Origin: an uncultured virus (IMG/VR IMGVR_UViG_3300037264_003342)
Lineage: Duplodnaviria; Heunggongvirae; Uroviricota; Caudoviricetes
Virus record (IMG/VR): IMGVR_UViG_3300037264_003342
Direction: 5' to 3' (one strand)
DNA length: 64,000 nucleotides
The notes under the pieces are model-generated. The model made no database searches. It saw only the letters and a list, made by a program, of their open reading frames with translations, and was not told the origin of the DNA. Positions 57,490 through 64,000 of this stretch are shown in pieces; the first letter of the stretch is position 1; every line of letters starts with the position of its first letter. Both the position numbers and the translations under genes were made by a program.

Positions 57490-57579
57490 CGTTGCCTCCT
57501 GGCCCTACCAGGGCCGCTCGATCCCTCGGACGAGAGCCCTGGGGTCGGGATTCTATCGTGATGGGGGGAATTCGTCCAT

Positions 57580-58101
57580 TTAGGCTATCACGTTGCGCCC
57601 CCAACCCTCCAGCCGCAGCGAGAACACCTTGGTCATCTCTCGGAGCCGCACGAAATCATCTAATGGTCCGCACACACGCACTTCGATCTCGTGCTGGTTG
57701 GAGAACAGCACCCCTGGTGCTTGAAATTCTGTTGCTCGTCGTGGCGGCACGATCTTCATCGCCTCTTCCAGGGCCCCGAGACGCTTTTCGATGTCCGCGT
57801 TTTCAGAGTTGGCCAGCGGACGAGCTGTCTCGAAGAGTGGGATGTCGAATAGAATTAAATCGTTGACTATGAACTGCACTGTGAGCCCAGCCGAGATCAC
57901 CTCAGGCCACGGGTGCATGAGGATCGACCACCGTTCCAAAATCCACGACCACCCGACGCGGGGGCGAACAAGGTCTTTCAACCCTCGGTGGTCGAAAGCG
58001 AAAAGCTGATCGAACGATCTAAAGTCTCGCATGTTGACCATCTCCCCTGTCTCTGTGTCGCGAAAAAGACCGGGATGGCCAGTAGTTGCTCTCAAGGTCA
58101 T
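57580..58101 (-). CDS. Diverged paralog of the putative capsid protein
   Basis: GHPGLFRDTETGEMVNMRDFR vs GQPGLFKDPETGQILNVRDFR; ILER/ILDR, VNDL/INDL, NQHEIE/QNHELE. Confidence 0.75.
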   Translation of the reverse strand: MTLRATTGHPGLFRDTETGEMVNMRDFRSFDQLFAFDHRGLKDLVRPRVGWSWILERWSILMHPWPEVISAGLTVQFIVNDLILFDIPLFETARPLANSENADIEKRLGALEEAMKIVPPRRATEFQAPGVLFSNQHEIEVRVCGPLDDFVRLREMTKVFSLRLEGWGRNVIA

Positions 58102-58105
58102 GCGT

Positions 58106-58549
58106 TCAGGCCGCTTTCTTTTTCGACTTCACCTCGGTCACGGCCACGTCCTTGGCCACCACCGCTCCTTTGCGGTTCTGTTTCGGTAGCTCTGAGAGAC
58201 TAGCCTGGACCTCGCTCTCGGCCTCGTCAAGGTCAGCGAGGGCCTCGATCAGCTCCTCGGCGCTCTCGTCGCTCTCGGCCGCCAGGGCGGCCTGCATGGC
58301 CTGCACGAGGCCTCGGAGCGCGTGCTCTCGGGTGATGCCGGCGTAGCGGACGAAGAGCGCGAGCGTGGTCTTCCACGGGATCGACGTCGTCGGCGTGTAC
58401 TCGTGATCGTCGCCGACGTGAAGCGTGCCCTCGACGTGCAAGAGGATGTCCTGGTCGAGCGCGTAGTCACCGGCTCGCACCTTCGGCCGCTTGGTCTTGG
58501 CCTCGTGTTCGAGGAGCTTGGCGAGAGCGAGTAGGGTCGGGTTGTTCAT
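58106..58549 (-). CDS. Hypothetical protein
   Basis: 147-aa ORF preceded by the TGAATA...CGTCAAA motif. Confidence 0.7.
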   Translation of the reverse strand: MNNPTLLALAKLLEHEAKTKRPKVRAGDYALDQDILLHVEGTLHVGDDHEYTPTTSIPWKTTLALFVRYAGITREHALRGLVQAMQAALAAESDESAEELIEALADLDEAESEVQASLSELPKQNRKGAVVAKDVAVTEVKSKKKAA

Positions 58550-58582
58550 CTTGCTTGTGAGTTTGACGTCTTCGGAGGTGCT

Positions 58583-58948
58583 CTATTCACTGTCGTGAAT
58601 CATCACCAAGGGCAACGCGCCTGGCGGCATGCCCAACACCAGGACGCGGCACAACTTGTTACCCGCATCGACTTCGACAGCCGCTTCCATTCCGAAAGCG
58701 CCTCGCACCATTTCGATGACGTAGTCGGGCGGCTTTCGGTTGTACCGGCTGACCGAGACAATCCATGACTGGATGTTATGTACCTCCTGGCACGAGGAGA
58801 CAACTCGGAGGGGACCATGGTCAAAGCTCCGGGCCACACACGACAGCCCATCTCCTTCGGTCGCACGAACTACGCGCTCGGCAGCGATGCTGTTCTCAAT
58901 CCAACCAGAGTCGGTAGGTTCTTTGGGGCGGGTCATCACATGTTCCAT
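58583..58948 (-). CDS. Hypothetical protein
   Basis: Overlaps the stop of the PAPS-reductase-like gene. Confidence 0.5.
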   Translation of the reverse strand: MEHVMTRPKEPTDSGWIENSIAAERVVRATEGDGLSCVARSFDHGPLRVVSSCQEVHNIQSWIVSVSRYNRKPPDYVIEMVRGAFGMEAAVEVDAGNKLCRVLVLGMPPGALPLVMIHDSE

Positions 58949-59862
58949 TCGTCGGCAGTGGCATCTACTTCTGCACCGGCATCGACTGCATCGCGTACTT
59001 CAGCGAGGCTCACGTCCATGCGGAACGTGTGTCCCGTGCGCTCTTCTACGCCCACGTAGCGGTCCAAGAGCGCGCGGTTGTGTTTGCCAGCCAAGACGAG
59101 CGACGCCTTCGGAGCGAAGATGCAGAACGCACACGACAACCGGCCCATGCCGAGGTCGTACGCCCTGTGGTGCTCCACACCGCTCGCCTGGATGCGCGTC
59201 CACACTTGCTCGGTCGACCAGAGTTGAATCGGGAGCCAGGTGTCGATGCGCTTGCGGCTGTTCTCCTCGCGCAGGCAGAACTGCTCGCGCTTCGCTCGCG
59301 CAGGGCTCTCCTCGGAGCGCAGGCCCATGCAGTCGAGGATGCGGCACTGGCGCGCAGCGTTGGCGTCGACCCCTCGGCGGGCGGCGGCCTCTCCCACCAG
59401 GACCGTGAAGAGCTTCTCGATCGGCCCACGCTTGAAGTCGCTCGTACACCAGCGTTGCTGATTGCTCGGCCACGCGCCGCGCCGCTCGGCGTAGTCGAGG
59501 ATCGACCCGAACACTTCGCCCTTCTTGTAGACCTTGCCGTCCTTCATCGCCTTGTTGCCCAGGCGAGAGACGACCTCGAATCGGTGGCCGTAGTGTGCTG
59601 CCTGGCGCGCTGCAAGCTCGCCCGTGCCTTCCCACTCGACCTCGCCGAGGTCAGCGTGTACGACCACGATCCGGCTCTCGACGCCGGCCGCACGAGCCAG
59701 CTCGGTCACGTAGTCGAGCATCGCCTGGCTGTCCTTGCCTGCACTGGAGCTGACGACGATCCAGTCGTAGCTCGTGAGGTCCGGCACGAAGCCGGCCTCG
59801 GGAACGCCCGCTTTGCGGCGCAGGAGCTTCTCCACTGGCACCGTCTGCACGGAACAGCTCAC
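58936..59862 (-). CDS. PAPS reductase family protein 1
   Basis: PP-loop SSAGKDS, RWCTSDFK, GLRSEES..RA, RLSCAFC; GTG start overlapping the upstream TGA. Confidence 0.88.
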   Translation of the reverse strand: MSCSVQTVPVEKLLRRKAGVPEAGFVPDLTSYDWIVVSSSAGKDSQAMLDYVTELARAAGVESRIVVVHADLGEVEWEGTGELAARQAAHYGHRFEVVSRLGNKAMKDGKVYKKGEVFGSILDYAERRGAWPSNQQRWCTSDFKRGPIEKLFTVLVGEAAARRGVDANAARQCRILDCMGLRSEESPARAKREQFCLREENSRKRIDTWLPIQLWSTEQVWTRIQASGVEHHRAYDLGMGRLSCAFCIFAPKASLVLAGKHNRALLDRYVGVEERTGHTFRMDVSLAEVRDAVDAGAEVDATADEWNM

Positions 59863-60182
59863 GACACCACCTCCCCACACTCGGCGCAGTACGCGCCGTG
59901 CCCATCTGCCGTCAACACACTTCGGCACTCGTGCTGCGTGCTCGGCACGAGCCAGTCGCCGTGGTCTTCGTTGCGAGCGTCGAGCACCGCCTGCATCTCC
60001 GGGCTCACGTACTCAACTGCCGGCGCGGGCTCGGTCGCCCAGCCGTTCTCCTTGCCGCCTGCCGCCGCGCACTCCCAGTGCATCGAGCCCTTGCGGCCGC
60101 GCACCCAGTCGATCGCCTCGCCTGCAGCATACCGGCCTTTGCACTCGGTGCAGGTGCCGCCGTAGTTCGCTGTGATCCGCAT
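59859..60182 (-). CDS. Small zinc-binding protein
   Basis: ANYGGTCTEC.....GEAI....HWEC and C-terminal CAECG; AAGGAG RBS. Confidence 0.7.
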   Translation of the reverse strand: MRITANYGGTCTECKGRYAAGEAIDWVRGRKGSMHWECAAAGGKENGWATEPAPAVEYVSPEMQAVLDARNEDHGDWLVPSTQHECRSVLTADGHGAYCAECGEVVS

Positions 60183-60460
60183 CGCCCGTGCTCCTTCTGG
60201 CCTCTCCGAGGCCGCCTTGTCTCAGCTCTTTGACGGGCCTGGAGGGCCCAGTATTCACTTTTCGCGAATTTTAGGTGCGATCTACACTTACATGCCGGAA
60301 AACAGGAGGGGCATCCGGGGAAAAACCCAATGATTTCGCATACTTACGGCTCAGGCTTTAGGGCGGGAAAGTACCAGTTTCCGGCATTGAATAACGGGCC
60401 CCCAGGGCCCGTCTAAGAGGGTACAACGGGCTCGGAGAGCCCAGAAGGTAGGGTAGACGG

Positions 60461-61363
60461 ATGGATTGCTCGAATGACCTCGTAGATGCCGGAAGCCTGG
60501 TGCGCCGCGCGCCGTCGCCCGAGGCCGTGCTGAACCTGCACGACTTCCACGCGGTCTTCGTCCGCTCCAGCGGCGGCAAGGACTCGCAGGCCATGCTGCA
60601 CCACGTTGTCGGCGTTGCAGACGCGCAGGGCTACCCCCGCGAGCGCATCACCGTCACGCACTCCGACCTCGGCCGCGTCGAGTGGAAGGGCACGACCGAC
60701 CTCGCCCGCGAGCAGGCCGCGCACTACGGCCTGGCGTTCGTCGTGGTCAAGCGCCCCCAGGGCGACCTCCTCGACCACGCGCGCAAGCTCGGGAAGTTCC
60801 CCTCGGCGACGCAGCGGTTCTGCACGAGCGACCACAAGCGGGCGCAGCTCGCGAAGACGATCACCTCGGCACACCGCGCCTGGACCGAGGCGGGCAACAC
60901 CGGCACCTACCGCGCCCTGGAGTGCCTCGGCATGCGCGCCCAGGAGAGCAGCGGCCGAGCGAAGCTCGCTCCCGTCAGCCGCTCGGAGCGGCTCTCGACG
61001 AAGAGCCGCGAGGTGACCACCTGGTTGCCGATCCACGCCTGGAAGGTCGAGAAGGTCTGGGAGACGATCCGCTCCTCGGGCGTGCGTCACCACAAGGCGT
61101 ACGACCTCGGGATGCCGAGGCTCTCGTGCGCGTTCTGCATCTTCTCCCCCCGCTCGGCGCTGCTCCTGGCCGCCAAGCACAACCCGGAGTTGTTGGACGC
61201 GTACGTCGAGGTCGAGCAGGAGATCGGCCGCGCGCGGGCCGCCGCAGGCAAGCCCGCTCACTTCTTCAAGAAGGGTACGAGCTTGGAGGGTGTGCGCGCC
61301 GAGGCCCAGGCGATGGCCGCCGAGGGCCGCGAGGTGGGCGAAATAAACGACTGGACGATGTGA
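60461..61363 (+). CDS. PAPS reductase family protein 2
   Basis: SSGGKDS, RFCTSDHK, GMRAQES..RA, RLSCAFC. Confidence 0.88.
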   Translation: MDCSNDLVDAGSLVRRAPSPEAVLNLHDFHAVFVRSSGGKDSQAMLHHVVGVADAQGYPRERITVTHSDLGRVEWKGTTDLAREQAAHYGLAFVVVKRPQGDLLDHARKLGKFPSATQRFCTSDHKRAQLAKTITSAHRAWTEAGNTGTYRALECLGMRAQESSGRAKLAPVSRSERLSTKSREVTTWLPIHAWKVEKVWETIRSSGVRHHKAYDLGMPRLSCAFCIFSPRSALLLAAKHNPELLDAYVEVEQEIGRARAAAGKPAHFFKKGTSLEGVRAEAQAMAAEGREVGEINDWTM

Positions 61364-61431
61364 ATACCGAGGCCCCGAGGTACGTCAAAGAAACAAGCGG
61401 GCTCGGAGAGCCCAGAAGGAAGCGGGACACA

Positions 61432-61662
61432 ATGAAATACGCAAACCTGGAGATGATGACGGCGATCGGGGACTTGCTCCGAGGCGCTGCGCGAGCGGTC
61501 GAAAAGGGGATCGACGCGGAACGCGCGATGGCGTGGGCCGAGCTGCTGCAAGAGGTCGCCCGGCACCTGGAGCACGCCGATCACCAGCGCATGGCGGCCG
61601 CGCGCTTCGAGCGCATCGTCGCGAGCCTGCGCATCGCCATGGGGCAGGGAGGCCGGTCGTGA
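61432..61662 (+). CDS. Small helical hypothetical protein
   Basis: ATG follows the promoter motif, hairpin and RBS. Confidence 0.6.
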   Translation: MKYANLEMMTAIGDLLRGAARAVEKGIDAERAMAWAELLQEVARHLEHADHQRMAAARFERIVASLRIAMGQGGRS

Positions 61663-62540
61663 TCGGCCTCCAGCGCACGGCCTTCGGCGACACCTACCGC
61701 GTGCTCAGCTACGGCGGCGGCGTCGACAGCATGGGCATGCTCGTGCTCGCGATCGAGAAGGGCGAGCTGCCCGACCTCGTCATCTTTGCCGACGTCGGCG
61801 ACGTGGACGGCCTCGACCCGGCCGAGTGGCCCTCGACCTACCGGCACATCCGCGAGGTCGTGATGCCGCTCTGCGCGAAGCACGGCATCGAGTTCAAGTG
61901 GCTCGATACGGTCGAGTCGCCGATCCGAGGCGAGCGGTCGCTCTTCCAGTACTTCGCAGTCAAGCACACGATGCCGGGCCGGCTCTCACGGCTCTGCACG
62001 AGCGCAGCCAAGGTCGAGCGCATCGCCAACTTCCTCGCGGAGCACGTTGCGTCGAGCGTGACGCACCTCGAAGTGCAGATCGGCTTCGAGGCCGGCGAAG
62101 AGCTGCGCGCAGCTCGCGACCCTCACAGCGCCGGCAAGGCAACGACGCGCCGCGTCAACCGCTTCCCGCTCATGGAGGCCGGCCTCTGCCGCTGCCGCAC
62201 AATCGACCTCATCAAGCAGAGCGGCTTCGAGGTGCCCAATGGCTCGGCTTGCACGTTCTGTCCGTTCTCGAAGTGGGACGACTTCAAGCGGCTCTCGGAG
62301 CAGCTCCCCGAGACGTTCGCCCAGACGCAGAAGCTCGAAGACGACTGCAAGCGCACCAAGAAGGGCTTGGTCATGCGCTACGACTACATGAAGGGCGACG
62401 GCTCCGACCGTCGGCTCACCGACCGCGTGCGGCTCCCGTACGCGCGCCAGGTCAAGGCCTGCGCGGTCTGTGGTAGAACGGAGAAGGCCCAGAAGAAGAC
62501 GAGCTGCGAGCCGATCTCGCAGTTCCCGGTGGTGTCGTGA
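61659..62540 (+). CDS. PAPS-reductase/PP-loop family protein 3 (divergent)
   Basis: LSYGGGVDS, IFADVG...E.P.TY, RLCT..AK..I, IGF.A.E..R, FPL, SACTFCPF. Confidence 0.8.
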   Translation: MIGLQRTAFGDTYRVLSYGGGVDSMGMLVLAIEKGELPDLVIFADVGDVDGLDPAEWPSTYRHIREVVMPLCAKHGIEFKWLDTVESPIRGERSLFQYFAVKHTMPGRLSRLCTSAAKVERIANFLAEHVASSVTHLEVQIGFEAGEELRAARDPHSAGKATTRRVNRFPLMEAGLCRCRTIDLIKQSGFEVPNGSACTFCPFSKWDDFKRLSEQLPETFAQTQKLEDDCKRTKKGLVMRYDYMKGDGSDRRLTDRVRLPYARQVKACAVCGRTEKAQKKTSCEPISQFPVVS

Positions 62541-63568
62541 CTCCCCGCTACACGTACATGCGCGATCCGATGCCTGGGGGCATGCGCGCGACCTGTTCAT
62601 TCTGCGTGAGGCCCATCGAAGTCCACGCGAACGGCCGTCTCGTGCGCCACGGCTGGACAGAGGAAGGCCGCAAGGCCGGTCAGTACGGCCTCGGTCGCCA
62701 GTGGGGGGAGTGCCCCGCGACTGGCGACATGCCGCTGGAGCAGAGCGACCTCGACGGTCTGCGGCACGTCGGAACACTCACTGATGCACGGGACCGCTGG
62801 TTGGAGCAGGCCGAGGGGCACCGGAGGGGATTGCAGCACTACTCCCGCAAAGTGACCGGCAAGCCCGAGGAGTGGATCGCGGCTCGGACGTCTGGGAGCT
62901 ACCCCAACGCACAGCGCCATGCGTACTTGACGTCGGGTTTGGAGATGGATAGCACGAGGACCGAAACCGTAAAGCCTAGCTTCGGGCGCGAGTACGTTGT
63001 CGAGGTTCGCATGTTTCGGATCCCGAGGGGCTTCGAGGCCGTGACGGGCTACGACTTCAAAATTCCAAGCTACGAGGCCCTGCGCGCAGCCCACGAACAC
63101 GAAGCCCGCGAGCAGGCCAAGGCCCTCGACGAAGCCCGCCTGGCTCTCCAGGCCGCCATCGCGTACCACGCCGTACACGAGCCCGAGCGCAAGGTCGAGG
63201 CCAAGGCCGACACGTTGCACCTGGCGGCGCGACGCTTCCACTCGATGGGCAATCCCGCCCGCGCTGCGTGCGGCTCATCGAGCATCTACGCGAAGACGAC
63301 CGAGGACCGCTCTCTCGTGACTTGCTCGCGCTGCTTGCGGAGCATGGAGGCTGACCAGAAGGCCGCCGACGAGCAGGCCGCTGTCGTGGCTCTGGCGGCC
63401 CGCGTCGAGGCATACCTGCGCGAGCACGGCCCGAGCAAGGTAAGCACTCTGCGCGCGGCTCTGGGCGTCGCAGACGCCAAGACGATGAACCGCGCTCTGG
63501 AGAAGAGCGCAGCGCGCAGTGATTTCGATTCGCCTGCGAAGTGGCACATTGCATATCCGCATAGCTAG
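62537..63568 (+). CDS. Hypothetical protein with several Cys/His clusters
   Basis: CSFC..HG..C and H..C..VTCSRC; GTGA coupling. Confidence 0.65.
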   Translation: MTPRYTYMRDPMPGGMRATCSFCVRPIEVHANGRLVRHGWTEEGRKAGQYGLGRQWGECPATGDMPLEQSDLDGLRHVGTLTDARDRWLEQAEGHRRGLQHYSRKVTGKPEEWIAARTSGSYPNAQRHAYLTSGLEMDSTRTETVKPSFGREYVVEVRMFRIPRGFEAVTGYDFKIPSYEALRAAHEHEAREQAKALDEARLALQAAIAYHAVHEPERKVEAKADTLHLAARRFHSMGNPARAACGSSSIYAKTTEDRSLVTCSRCLRSMEADQKAADEQAAVVALAARVEAYLREHGPSKVSTLRAALGVADAKTMNRALEKSAARSDFDSPAKWHIAYPHS

Positions 63569-64000
63569 GAGTAGAAGACTGCGAGGGCCCGGTGGGCCCA
63601 GAGGAGACGGGAATGATCAAGGGGAAGCACTACGAGGCAGGAGAGCTGCACGGAGCGGAGCTACTGCCGAGGACCGAAGAGACTGCTCCTGGCGACCCAG
63701 AGCCACGCTACCGGACAGGGCGACCGAAACGAGGTCGGTATCGTCGACCGACGGCGGCCCCCGAGGTTACACTGGAGCCGAAGTGAGCCGGCTACTCCAG
63801 CTCTGTCTCTCGCTCTGGAAGCGCTTGCGCTGGTGGTTCTCCGGCGGCGTACTCTCGGCCCAACTCCGAGATGAAGGCTCGGAGACTCGCTCCGAGGCGG
63901 AGCTGGCCGTCGAGAGAGTCGTGATGCAGACACACATCGCTCCCGACTGCGTCGTGGCGACTGTCATGCGCGGAGGGCCTTGCATCATCCTGACGCACGA

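Larger units (their letters stand above)
1..64000. mobile_element. Segment of a large virus genome or provirus, probably tailless and membrane-containing
   Basis: Dense overlapping ORFs (ATGA/GTGA junctions), a phage-type replication set (PolA, D5 primase-helicase, SNF2, ThyX, RecD2), an integrase-family recombinase and many small hypothetical genes. No host housekeeping genes; no terminase, portal or tail genes seen. The tailless call is an inference. Confidence 0.85.

Noticed and set aside
58936..62540. Complete Dnd/Ssp phosphorothioation system or sulfate assimilation operon
   Set aside because: No DndD/DndE, SspB/SspC, cysteine desulfurase or cysDNC genes are recognisable in the window.
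1..64000. tRNA, rRNA, reverse transcriptase/DGR, IS transposase or purZ
   Set aside because: No cloverleaf, YxDD-type RT, DDE transposase or adenylosuccinate-synthase-like motifs were recognised by eye; a tRNAscan/Rfam run would be needed to exclude small RNAs.

Overview
The whole window reads as part of one large, GC-rich virus genome (or provirus), with no host housekeeping genes, rRNA, tRNA or CRISPR array. It has three parts. (1) Positions 1-20 kb form a mostly minus-strand virion/membrane module: two or three adjacent beta-rich proteins that I infer to be single jelly-roll capsid proteins, a transglutaminase-like Cys enzyme, a 1069-aa membrane-anchored protein with about 8 peptidoglycan-binding-like repeats, a protein with five copies of a 35-aa repeat, and many small basic or TM-anchored proteins. 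(2) Positions 20-34 kb hold a tyrosine recombinase, an N4/N6 DNA methyltransferase, a myxobacterial-style lipoprotein and an origin-like non-coding region with nested inverted iterons. (3) Positions 34-64 kb form a replication and nucleotide-metabolism module: D5-like primase-helicase, PD-(D/E)XK nuclease, SNF2-like helicase, ThyX, putative SSB, family A DNA polymerase, dATP/dGTP diphosphohydrolase, GIY-YIG, Gp88-like protein, RecD2 and three PAPS-reductase-family proteins. No terminase, portal or tail gene is visible, so a tailless membrane-containing virus is my best inference; Myxococcota is a weakly supported host guess. The most notable observations are two diverged paralogs of the putative capsid protein lying far away among replication genes, a possible GL[GAE]-cleaved polyprotein system, a six-copy TGAAT(A/G)-N15/16-CGTC(A/T/C)AA promoter-like motif, and a covarying GGA/GGT-loop hairpin abutting ribosome-binding sites. 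All family assignments come from motif recognition by eye; no database search was run.
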